Positions 26,769-38,731 of a stretch of DNA of 46,096 nucleotides are shown here, piece after piece. Every line of letters starts with the position of its first letter. Positions within the stretch are counted from its first letter, which is position 1. The position numbers were made by a program, and so were the translations under genes. The notes below the pieces were generated by a model. The model worked only from the letters and a program-made list of their open reading frames with translations, was not told the DNA's origin and did not search any database. The DNA is taken from positions 1 through 46,096 of the forward strand of contig DASVNL010000056.1 in NCBI GenBank assembly GCA_036383875.1, written 5' to 3'. The stretch comes from Thermoanaerobaculia bacterium. Lineage in GTDB: Bacteria; Acidobacteriota; Thermoanaerobaculia; Gp7-AA8.

Positions 26769-27038
26769 ATGTGCCGGAACATCAAGACACTTTTCAACTT
26801 CGAGCCGCCCGCCACGGACGCGGAGGTTCGCGACGCCTCGCTGCAGTTCGTCCGCAAGCTCGCCGGCTTCACGAAACCGTCGAAGGCGAACGAGGAAGTG
26901 TTCGACCAGGCCGTCGAGGACATCTCCGCGATCGCGCGGAAGCTGATCGACTCGCTCGTCACGACCGCGGAGCCGAAGGACCGCGAGGTCGAGGCCGAGA
27001 AGGCGAGGGAGCGGTTTCTGGCGTCTCGCGCAAGGTGA
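26769..27038 (+). CDS. DUF2277 family protein
   Basis: 89 aa. The N-terminus MCRNIKTLFNFEPPATDAEVRDASLQFVRKLAGF is the recognisable conserved start of this family. Confidence 0.85.
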   Translation: MCRNIKTLFNFEPPATDAEVRDASLQFVRKLAGFTKPSKANEEVFDQAVEDISAIARKLIDSLVTTAEPKDREVEAEKARERFLASRAR

Positions 27039-27153
27039 ATCCTGAGGCGAAAGCCGCAGGATCTCCTGTCCCACAGCGAGGGCCGTGATTCAGGCTGCGA
27101 GGAGAGGCTCTCGCTGGGGCACAGGAGATCCTTCCCGCGTCGCGTCAGGATTC
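27037..27153. repeat. long imperfect palindrome (about 117 bp) starting at the DUF2277 stop codon
   Basis: Outer arms GAATCCTGAGGCG (27037-27049) / CGCGTCAGGATTC (27141-27153). Inner arms AGGATCTCCTGTCCCACAGCGAG (27058-27080) / CTCGCTGGGGCACAGGAGATCCT (27110-27132), 23 bp with 2 mismatches. Confidence 0.7.
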
Positions 27154-27246
27154 CCGCACAACGTTGGCACACTTCCTGATTTCTCACGAGCGTCCGGTGG
27201 TAGTGACACTACCGCCTAACAATCTTGAGAGGGGATGAGGTGCAGC

Positions 27247-30200
27247 ATGACGTCGTACTTGCGGGGTAAGTCCTTGCTCGTGTTGGGATTCGCGCTGTTC
27301 TTGACGGGCAGTGCGGCGGCTCAGGTGACCGTTTCCGCGAAGTTCAATTCGGCCTACGGCTGGGTGAAACCGGGGGAGACGTATCCATTCATCGTCGAGG
27401 TTTCGGGAGGCGCGACCGGCGCGGCGAACGTCGCCGTCCACGTGACGCTGCCACCGTCCGCGATCTTCGTCAGCGCCATTCCGCCGGCGAACTCCGGAAA
27501 CGGCACGACCGCCTCGCCGCTCGTGTTCAACATCAAAGTCCTGACGCCGAACGGCACCGGCCGCATCCTCGTGCGAGCCCGCGCCGCGACGCTCGCGGAG
27601 GATCCGGAGATCATCTGGAAAAACCTCTCCGCGTCGGCGAAGGTCGCCAGCATCTCCGGGATCCCGCAGAACGGCGCCATCGCGAAAACCACCGGCCCGA
27701 AAGTCACGACACTCTCGACCGCGCGCTACGGCGAGCGGCCGTTCCCCGTCGTGATGGTTCAGTACCAGGACATCAAACGCTGCACCGGACCCGGCGCGCC
27801 GTATCCCGAATGCACGGGAAATCACACCGCCGCCGCGCTCGACGCCGCCGTGAACTCGCGCACGTCGGGCAAGAGTCTCTGGCAGCTCTACAACGACATG
27901 TCGTTCGGCCAGCTCTCGCCGGCCGGCAGCGTCCGTCCGAAAGTCGGCACCGCGAACGCGACGTTCGATCCGCTCTACAACCACAAATTCTCGACACTCA
28001 CGCCGTCCGGCGTCTGCACCGGCGCGACGCTCGCCGCGGTCAAGGGCACGCCGCTCTACATGAACCGCATCGAGAACGGCTGGTACGTGCTGCCCGGTAC
28101 GCAGGGCTACTACGGTGCGGACAAAACGGGCCACGCACTCGCCGGCGCACTCACCGGACAGGGACTGCTCTTCGGTGTCGATGATGCCTGCGGTCCGACC
28201 GGCAAGATCGTCTACGACGCGGCGTCGCTCGCCGATCCCGATCTCGACTACAACGACTTCGACACCGACAAAGACGGCGTCGTCGATTTCTTCAACCTGA
28301 TGTTCGCCGGCGACGGCGGCAACGGCAGCACGAGCGTGACCGGACTCAATAACGTCTGGCCGCACAAGTCCGACCTTCGTTATTACTTCACCGACGCGGA
28401 CGGCGAAGCCGGCTACGTTTCGAACGATCAGCTCCGCAATCACGAAGGCGCGGCGATGTTCTGGACGAACGCGACGCGCAAAGAGATGACCACCGCGAAC
28501 ACCGGCCTGCCGGTCTACGTGAAGGTCGGACCGTACAACGTCAATCCTGAGTCGGCCGTCGAGGCGATGTCCGTCATCGCACACGAATACGGCCACTCCC
28601 TCGGTCTGCCCGATTTCTATTCGACGGGCACGCGCGAGACGATGGGCTCGTGGGAGCTCATGGGCTCCGACCACGCGCAGTTCATGACCATCTTCTCCCG
28701 TCAGGACCTCGGCTGGATCGTTCCCGTCGACGTCGAAGACGGGGCGTACACGCTTCGCGAGTCGAAGAAAGATACCGGCACGATCACCTGGAAGCGTCCC
28801 GACGGCACGCCGTACACGCTGACGGGCGAGGGGATTCACAACGCCGACGCGCTGCGCGTGCAGCTTCCGAAAATTCAACTCATCGACAGCGTGCCGTCCG
28901 GCGAACGCGCGTGGCACTCCGGGGCCGGCAACGACTTCGGCTGCCCGGGCCATACGCTCGATGTGTTTCTCCCCGAGCTCGAACAGAACGCGAGCGCATC
29001 GGCGATCGCACTGAAGTTCAAGTCGCTGTACGAAATCGAATGGGACTGGGACTTCGCGTTCGTCCTCGCGTCGACTGATGGTGGCCGCACGTGGAAGTCG
29101 CTGCCATCGAAGAATGGGACGACGCTCAGCAACTGGAATCCGAACAACGCGACGTGCTACTCGCAGTACGCGAACGGCATCACCGGCGTCTCCGGCTCCG
29201 CCAATGCGCTCACCAACACCGATCGCCACCTCGGCACGTACGCGACGCCGCAGTGGATCGACGACGAGTTCGACCTCACCGAGTTCAAAGGCAAGAGCCT
29301 CATCCTGCGATTCGCCTACTCCACCGATCCCGCGGCCGTGAAGCGCGGCTGGTTCATCGACGACATCGCCGTCACCGCCGACTCGCGCGAGCTGTATCGC
29401 AGCGACTTCGAGACCGACGAGCACACGCGGCTCTTCCCGAACGGCTTCTCGCGCATCAGTTCCGCCGACGGTCTCGACGCGGATCACGCGTACTACATCG
29501 AAGTGCGCGATCGCGTGAGCTGGGACAAAGACGGCAAGGGGCAGAGCGAGCGCGGTGAGCCGACGTGGGCGCCGGGCGTCGCGGTGATGTACACCGACGA
29601 GAATCACGGCTACGGCAACACGGGCGCGGACGGGGTGCCCGCGCAGACGGTCGTCGACTCGCAGCCGCAGCCTGGCAACGAGACGCCGAACCTCGACGAC
29701 GCGGCATTCACGACCACGCCCGGCGACAACGAATTCAACGGTTGCACGCACGTCGACAACTACGTGCCCTCCGACGCCGAAACGTGGAAGCTGCCGAACG
29801 GACTGCGACTCACGGTCACGTCGCTCACCGGACTCTCGAACAACGGCGTGACCACGAACGCGACGGCGACAGTCATCGCGAACGTCGAACCCGATTGCAA
29901 CTTCGTGAACGCCGCACCGGTGCTGCGACTCCGTCGCGGGTCAGAGGATCCGGACACGGACGGCGCCGTCGAGCTGGAGTGGGATCGTCCCACCGGCGCG
30001 AGCGGTCCCGATGAAGTGCAGGAAGCGACGCTGCTGACGACGTTCGTCAACGACGACGCGGAGAATGGACTCGGCGCGTGGACGACCGCGGTCTCCGGCA
30101 GCGGCGCGCACGCATGGGAAGTCTCGCAACTGAAGAAAGCGTCCGGCACGTATTCGTTCTGGGGCCGTGTCGATGAGAACGCGCTCGACGTCTCGACGAG

Positions 30201-30720
30201 CCTCACGCTCGCGCAGCCGGTCGTCGTGCCCGCGGGCGGCAGCGCATCGCTGACGTTCTCCGACTGGCACGTCAACGAAGGCGACGATCGCGTTGCGGTC
30301 GAAGTCTCTGACGACGGCTCGACCTGGAAGCCGGTCTACGAAAGCGCGCGCTCCGAGCTCGCGCCTGATGCGGCCGTTGCATTCGCAACCGAATCGCTGA
30401 CGTCGCACGTCGTCGACCTCTCAGCGTACGCAGGCCAGACGATTCAACTGCGCTTCCGCATGATCGCGGGACCGGAGAATCGCGCCGCCTCGACGCCGCT
30501 GGGCTGGTACGTCGACGACATCCGCATCGACGGCGCGAACTGGACGGACGTCGGGACGTCGAACACGCCGTCGTACACACGCCTGGGCGTCGTCACCGGC
30601 AAGTACTACTACCGCGTTCGCACGATGTACGGCGTCGGCTCCGTCGGCGTTCCGAGTCCGTGGTCGAACATCGTCAGCGCGAACGTGGTCTTCGAGAACG
30701 GAGTCGAGCCCGTGCCCTGA
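27247..30720 (+). CDS. secreted M6-family (immune inhibitor A / InhA-like) zinc metalloprotease with large C-terminal extension
   Basis: VIAHEYGHSLGLPDFY carries the HExxH motif (HEYGH at 28582-28596) plus the family-typical GLPD(F/L)Y. Signal peptide MTSYLRGKSLLVLGFALFLTGSAAAQ. The ATG at 27247 has GAGGT 5 nt upstream. The in-frame ATG at 27235 (ORF track) has no usable spacer. Confidence 0.85.
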   Translation: MTSYLRGKSLLVLGFALFLTGSAAAQVTVSAKFNSAYGWVKPGETYPFIVEVSGGATGAANVAVHVTLPPSAIFVSAIPPANSGNGTTASPLVFNIKVLTPNGTGRILVRARAATLAEDPEIIWKNLSASAKVASISGIPQNGAIAKTTGPKVTTLSTARYGERPFPVVMVQYQDIKRCTGPGAPYPECTGNHTAAALDAAVNSRTSGKSLWQLYNDMSFGQLSPAGSVRPKVGTANATFDPLYNHKFSTLTPSGVCTGATLAAVKGTPLYMNRIENGWYVLPGTQGYYGADKTGHALAGALTGQGLLFGVDDACGPTGKIVYDAASLADPDLDYNDFDTDKDGVVDFFNLMFAGDGGNGSTSVTGLNNVWPHKSDLRYYFTDADGEAGYVSNDQLRNHEGAAMFWTNATRKEMTTANTGLPVYVKVGPYNVNPESAVEAMSVIAHEYGHSLGLPDFYSTGTRETMGSWELMGSDHAQFMTIFSRQDLGWIVPVDVEDGAYTLRESKKDTGTITWKRPDGTPYTLTGEGIHNADALRVQLPKIQLIDSVPSGERAWHSGAGNDFGCPGHTLDVFLPELEQNASASAIALKFKSLYEIEWDWDFAFVLASTDGGRTWKSLPSKNGTTLSNWNPNNATCYSQYANGITGVSGSANALTNTDRHLGTYATPQWIDDEFDLTEFKGKSLILRFAYSTDPAAVKRGWFIDDIAVTADSRELYRSDFETDEHTRLFPNGFSRISSADGLDADHAYYIEVRDRVSWDKDGKGQSERGEPTWAPGVAVMYTDENHGYGNTGADGVPAQTVVDSQPQPGNETPNLDDAAFTTTPGDNEFNGCTHVDNYVPSDAETWKLPNGLRLTVTSLTGLSNNGVTTNATATVIANVEPDCNFVNAAPVLRLRRGSEDPDTDGAVELEWDRPTGASGPDEVQEATLLTTFVNDDAENGLGAWTTAVSGSGAHAWEVSQLKKASGTYSFWGRVDENALDVSTSLTLAQPVVVPAGGSASLTFSDWHVNEGDDRVAVEVSDDGSTWKPVYESARSELAPDAAVAFATESLTSHVVDLSAYAGQTIQLRFRMIAGPENRAASTPLGWYVDDIRIDGANWTDVGTSNTPSYTRLGVVTGKYYYRVRTMYGVGSVGVPSPWSNIVSANVVFENGVEPVP

Positions 30721-30781
30721 GTGAACTGACATCGAACATACCGGCGGCCCTCATCCCCACACCCATCCAGTCGCCGGTGGC

Positions 30782-30817
30782 GAGGGCGGTCCCACAGACG
30801 GACCGCCCTCGTTTTTT
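30782..30817 (+). terminator. canonical intrinsic terminator after the M6 protease gene
   Basis: GAGGGCGGTCC-cacagac-GGACCGCCCTC is a perfect 11-bp GC-rich stem, followed directly by GTTTTTT. It lies about 60 nt after the stop at 30720. Confidence 0.8.
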
Positions 30818-30836
30818 CGCCGTATCATTCGCGACC

Positions 30837-34071
<3,235 letters not shown>

Positions 34072-34079
<8 letters not shown>

Positions 34080-35271
34080 TTGACCGTCGCCAGTTCGTGG
34101 CCGGCGCGATGATCGCCGGCAGCGCTTCGATGAGGGAAGGCGTATCGACATACGTCTTCCTCTCGAGCACCCAGCGATACGACGCCGCCCAGTCCTCGAA
34201 CATCGCGTACGGCGCCGTCCCTTCGAGCTGAATCGGCACGATCGGCGTCGTGCGCAGATGCGGGACGATCGTCGCCAGCTCGTGCGGAATGCTGCTCGGA
34301 TGCGTGAGGTCCGCGATGATGAAGCGCGACATCCGCGCGAGCGTCTCGATCGTCCCGGTGATGTCCTTGCTGGCCGGTTTCTCGAAGTCGAAGATCACCG
34401 GCGTGAAGTTCATCGTGCGCAGCGCGTCGCGAATCGCATCGAGCACGGCTTTGCGCTCTTCGATGAAGCGCCCGAGGATCAGCACCATCTTCGACGTCAC
34501 GCCGTCGATGACCTTGCGGATCTTCTTGTTCTCGATGAGCAGGTAGATGAACTGCGCGATCTCGATGTCGTCGCACGTGATCGGCGGATCGCTCGGCGTC
34601 GTGATGACGATGTCCTGCTGCGTCGCGTCCGCGAGCTCGACGTTCCACGCGGACAAGCCGAAGACTTTCGTGCCGACGAGCGTCGCCCCGGTGAGGTCCG
34701 CGTTCACGAGCGCACTCATTTCGAGCGACGCATTCGTAAAGTCCGTGCCGCGCGCGGTGGCAAGGATCAGTTGCGACGCCGAAAAGTTCGCGCCCGTGCA
34801 ATCGGCGCCGGAGAGATCGGCCATGTGCAACGTCGCACTGGTGAGATCGGTGCCGCGCAGATTCGACTTCACGAACTTCGCGTCGACGAGGATTGCGCGC
34901 TGCAGGTTTGCGCCGGCGAGATTCGCGCCGCTGAAGTCGGCCTTGTGACAATCGGCATCGCTGAAGTTGGTGTGCGTGAGATCGACACCCGCGAAGTTCG
35001 CATCCCACAGATACGCGTTGAAGAAACCACACGCGTCGAGCCGCGTCTCGCGAAGATCGCAGTTGATCAATCGCGACTCCGCGAACAGCGCACCGTAGCA
35101 GTTCGCACCACGAAGATCGGCGCCGGTGAGGATCACGCGCAGGAAGCTCACGCCGCTGAAGTCGTAGCCGCGAAAGTCGCGGCCGGTGAAGTCTTCCTCG
35201 ATGATCGTCGGGCGCGTGTCGGAGTTTTCGGCGCGCCACGCGCTCCATGTTGCTGCGGATTCGAGATTCAT
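34072..35271 (-). CDS. pentapeptide-repeat protein with a C-terminal alpha/beta (TIR-like?) domain
   Basis: 399 aa. About 200 aa are A(D/N)LxX-type pentapeptide repeats (GADLRGANCYGALFAES, GANLAGANLQRAILVDAKF, GADCTGANFSAS). The C-terminal domain reads KMVLILGRFIEERKAVLDAIRDALRTMNFTPVIFDFEKPASKDITGTIETLARMSRFIIADLTHPSSIPHELATIVP. Its ATG overlaps the kinase stop (ATGA at 35268-35271). Confidence 0.8.
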
Positions 35272-37970
35272 CGCTGCACCACTCCCTCGAACGTGAGCGT
35301 CGCCGGCTTCTTCGTGCGTGCGCTCTCCTCGAACGCGCGCAACATCTGCTCATTCTGGATGAGCCACGGATCGCCAGTGCCTTTCGCGCTCGTCGCGAGG
35401 TCGAACGCGCGCTCGTACTCGCCGCGTGCGTAGGCAAGGCGGCCGCGCAGAAGTCGCGTGCGTCCGTTGGGGCGCCAGCTCTCCGCGAGATCCAGCTCGC
35501 GTGCCGCGTCGTCGAGACGTCCTTCGCGAATGCGCGTGTACGCGATCGCAAGATGCAAATCGCGCTCGACTTCGGGATCGCCGAGGCCTTTGACTTTCTG
35601 CGCGGCGAGCGCGTTGTAGCGATTGGCGGCGGCGAGCTGTCCGAGCTTCGCGTGGGCGGTGCCGAGGTTCGAGAGGATGATCCCTTCGACGCGCGGATTC
35701 CCGACGCGCGCTGCGACCTCCGCGGCTTCCACCGTCGTCTTCACCGCCTCCGCTTCCTTGCCCTGCGCCCATAGCCACAGGCCGAGATTCGCGAGCGCGT
35801 AGATCTCCGTCGCGGTGTCGCGAATCTCACGCGTGAGGACGAGTTGCCGCCGCGTCAGCTCCTCAGCGCGCGCGAAGTTTCCGCTGTCGCCTTCGCCCGT
35901 CGCGAGATTGCCGTAGATCGTCGTGAGCAGATAGCGATCGTTGATGCGTTCCCCGATCACGAGAGAGGCGTTGTACTGCGCGATCGACTCGGCGAGTTGA
36001 TTCGCGGAGGAGGCGAGCACGCCGAGGTCGTTGTGCACCTGCGCCTGCAACTGCTGGTTGCCAGTTTCCTTCGCGATGCGCAGGCTCTCCGACAGATGCG
36101 ACTTCGCGGTGTCGAGATCGCCCTGACGCCACACCGCGCGAGCCAGCGCGCCGTGCGCGGCCGACTCCAACTCGCGATCGCCGAGCGCGCGCGCGAGCAC
36201 GAGCGCCTCCGCGCTACTGGCTTGTCCCACCTTGTACGCGCCGTCGTCGATCGTCCAGCGCGCGCGTTGCAGTAACGCCCGCGCGATCATCTCGCGATCG
36301 TTGCGGCGTCGCGACTGCGCGAGCGCCTCGGTGAGCAGCTGATCGGCGCGCTGATTCTCCGCCATCGCCTTGAGGCAATCCGCGAGCTGCATCTGCGCCG
36401 CGAGAAACGCCGGATCGCGATCGACGCACAACGTGAAGTAGTGCGACGCGACGAGCGGGCCGCGTGTGCGCAGCTCCTCGACGCCCATCGCGTAAAGCAT
36501 GTTCGCCATGTTGTCGAGCGAGTAGCGCGATCGCACCGACGTCGCGGTCGCCGCGGGATCGATGCGCTGCACGAGCGCGACGGTCATCTGCTTCGCCGCT
36601 TCCATCAACACCGTCGACGTCGCCTCGCGTGGTTCTTCCGCGCGATCCGCCGTGAGCGCCGCGTACCGGATCGTGTACTTGCCGTCGTCGCTCACGACGG
36701 TCGGCGCGATGAGCACGTCCGCACCGACTGCCGCAAGCAACGCGCGACGTTGCGACTCGGAGATTGTTGCGCCGGTGCGCAGGTTCTTCGTCGCGCGCAA
36801 CACATCCTCCGCCGAAATCACATCCGCGCCGCGCCCGCGCTGCATGCCCTCTGTGACGAAGTCCGCGAGGCCACGCTCGATCCAGCGCAGCGACGCGTCG
36901 CCGGTTTCGTTGCGGAAGGGGAGGATCGCGATGCGGCCGCTCGTCTTGTTCGCGAACAGCGAATGCGTCGTGCCGAGCCTGCGCGTCGCGAAGACGACGC
37001 AGCCGATGACGACCAGCGCGAGCAGGATCGCGACGCTGCCGATGACGCGACGCCGCACGCGCGCCGGACGGTCGCGAATGCGCTCGAGCTCGCGCGCGAC
37101 GTCCTCGGCGGTCGGACGATCCGCGGGATACGGCGCGAGCATGCGCTTCAGCAGCGCCGCAAGCGAGCGATCTCGAATCGTCGTGAGGTCCGTCTCCGCG
37201 CGACGCACGCGCATCAGCAGATCGTTCACGCCTTCGGGGCTGCCGTAAATCGTGCGGTCGCGCGTGAGCAATTCGTGCAGCACGATGCCGAGGGAGTAGA
37301 TGTCGCTCGCTTCGTTCAGCGCGAGACCGCGCGCCTGCTCGGGCGACATGTAGTGCAGCGTGCCGACGAGACTGCCCGCGGACGTGCGCGTCTCGCCGGT
37401 TGCGGTGGTCGAGACGGGGCGACCGAGGACGGCGGTTTTTTCGTAGTCGTCGGCGATGATCTCGGCTTCGGTGAGCGGATTCGCCTGCTGCTCGGGACCG
37501 ACCGGACGCGCGAGGCCGAAGTCCAGCACCTTCACGTTGCCGGACGGCGTGAGCATGATGTTGTCCGGCTTGAGATCGCGATGCACGATGCCGCGCGCGT
37601 GCGTCGTCGCGAGCACGCGCACGACCTGCAGCGTCACATCGAGTGCCTGCATCTTCGTGATCGTCGCGAGCCGGTCGCGCAACGTCTGGCCGTCGACGAG
37701 CTCGAGGACGAGATAGTCGCCGTCCTCGCGTTCGAGCACGTCGTAGATGCGGCAGATGTGCGGATGATCGAGTTGCGAGAGCACGCGCGCCTCGCGCAGA
37801 AACCGGCCGCGAATTGCGGCGCTGTATCGCTTGTCCGCGTGCACGACTTTGAGCGCCACCGCGCGCTCGAGCTTCTCATCCCAGCCGCGATACACCTCAC
37901 CCATGCCGCCGGAGCCGAGCAGCGCGTCGACGCGAATGCGACCGATCCGCGTGCCGGGAGGGAGGGACAT
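35268..37970 (-). CDS. transmembrane Ser/Thr protein kinase with extracytoplasmic domain and TPR-repeat C-terminus
   Basis: Kinase motifs [31 protein letters not shown] and [10 protein letters not shown]. One TM segment ([19 protein letters not shown]). [13 protein letters not shown] marks a TolB-N/CsgG-like module. About 450 aa of TPR-like repeats follow. Confidence 0.9.
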   Translation of the reverse strand: MSLPPGTRIGRIRVDALLGSGGMGEVYRGWDEKLERAVALKVVHADKRYSAAIRGRFLREARVLSQLDHPHICRIYDVLEREDGDYLVLELVDGQTLRDRLATITKMQALDVTLQVVRVLATTHARGIVHRDLKPDNIMLTPSGNVKVLDFGLARPVGPEQQANPLTEAEIIADDYEKTAVLGRPVSTTATGETRTSAGSLVGTLHYMSPEQARGLALNEASDIYSLGIVLHELLTRDRTIYGSPEGVNDLLMRVRRAETDLTTIRDRSLAALLKRMLAPYPADRPTAEDVARELERIRDRPARVRRRVIGSVAILLALVVIGCVVFATRRLGTTHSLFANKTSGRIAILPFRNETGDASLRWIERGLADFVTEGMQRGRGADVISAEDVLRATKNLRTGATISESQRRALLAAVGADVLIAPTVVSDDGKYTIRYAALTADRAEEPREATSTVLMEAAKQMTVALVQRIDPAATATSVRSRYSLDNMANMLYAMGVEELRTRGPLVASHYFTLCVDRDPAFLAAQMQLADCLKAMAENQRADQLLTEALAQSRRRNDREMIARALLQRARWTIDDGAYKVGQASSAEALVLARALGDRELESAAHGALARAVWRQGDLDTAKSHLSESLRIAKETGNQQLQAQVHNDLGVLASSANQLAESIAQYNASLVIGERINDRYLLTTIYGNLATGEGDSGNFARAEELTRRQLVLTREIRDTATEIYALANLGLWLWAQGKEAEAVKTTVEAAEVAARVGNPRVEGIILSNLGTAHAKLGQLAAANRYNALAAQKVKGLGDPEVERDLHLAIAYTRIREGRLDDAARELDLAESWRPNGRTRLLRGRLAYARGEYERAFDLATSAKGTGDPWLIQNEQMLRAFEESARTKKPATLTFEGVVQR

Positions 37971-37976
37971 GCCGAG

Positions 37977-37982
37977 ATTCTA
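37977..37982 (-). promoter_or_regulatory. -10-like hexamer TAGAAT 6 nt upstream of the kinase ATG (leaderless-type geometry)
   Basis: The minus strand reads cctcTAGAATctcggcATG. There is no Shine-Dalgarno sequence. Confidence 0.3.
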
Positions 37983-37996
37983 GAGGACGCGCGCGC

Positions 37997-38002
37997 TACA
38001 CT
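37997..38002 (+). promoter_or_regulatory. -10-like hexamer TACACT 9 nt upstream of the response-regulator ATG
   Basis: The sequence reads gcgcgcTACACTctcatccgtATG. The same CGCTACACTCT string occurs at 26754-26764. There is no Shine-Dalgarno sequence. Confidence 0.25.
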
Positions 38003-38011
38003 CTCATCCGT

Positions 38012-38695
38012 ATGGCAACGATCCTCGTAGTCGAGGACGAGCTGCTCATGCGGCGAACGCTGCTCGAGCTGCTCGAACGAGAGGGGTTTGAAGTGACGAC
38101 GGTCGGGACCGTCGCCGCAGCCATGGGCGAGGTCAATCGCCGCGGCTTCGATCTGATCCTGCTCGACATCGTGCTTCCCGACGGCGACGGCCTCGCGGCG
38201 TGTCGCCGCATCCGCGAGCGGCATCGCATGCCCATCGTGATGCTCAGCACCAAGCGCCAGCTCGAGGATCGTGTGGCCGGACTGGAAACGGGCGCGGACG
38301 ACTACATCGTCAAACCGTTCGAGCCTGCCGAAGTGACCGCGCGCATCCGCGCGCAACTGCGTCGCGCGAATCAGCTCAACAACGGCGAAGTCGTGAAGGA
38401 CGTCATTCGTGCCGGACGTCTCACCGTCGATTCCTCCCTGCAGGATGCACTCGTGGATGGAACTGCGGTGGGACTGACGCACAAGGAGTTTCAGCTGCTG
38501 CATCTGCTCGCATCGCGCGCGGGCAAAGCAGTCAGCCGTGACTTTCTGATCGATCAGCTCTGGTCCGAGGACGAGCTCGGCTCGGACAAAAACGTCGCGG
38601 TGTACATCCGGCGCATCCGCCAGAAAATCGAGAAAGATCCGGACGATCCGGAGATTCTGCTGACCGTGCGTGGCTTCGGCTACCGACTCGCCTGA
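38012..38695 (+). CDS. OmpR/PhoB-family response regulator (REC + winged-helix DNA binding)
   Basis: MATILVVEDELLMRRTLLELL...DLILLDIVLPDGDG...TGADDYIVKPF forms the receiver. LTHKEFQLLHLLASRAGKAVSRDFLIDQLW...VRGFGYRLA forms the trans_reg_C-type output. Confidence 0.9.
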   Translation: MATILVVEDELLMRRTLLELLEREGFEVTTVGTVAAAMGEVNRRGFDLILLDIVLPDGDGLAACRRIRERHRMPIVMLSTKRQLEDRVAGLETGADDYIVKPFEPAEVTARIRAQLRRANQLNNGEVVKDVIRAGRLTVDSSLQDALVDGTAVGLTHKEFQLLHLLASRAGKAVSRDFLIDQLWSEDELGSDKNVAVYIRRIRQKIEKDPDDPEILLTVRGFGYRLA

Positions 38696-38731
38696 GCGCA
38701 GGTAACCTCACCGTAACCTCGGCGCCACAGG

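Noticed and set aside
27165-27180. Sigma-54-like promoter TGGCAC-N5-CTGAT upstream of the M6 protease gene
   Set aside because: The -24 element is perfect, but the -12 position has GA instead of the near-invariant GC (GG-N10-GA). No enhancer-binding protein gene is nearby. The evidence is too weak to call.
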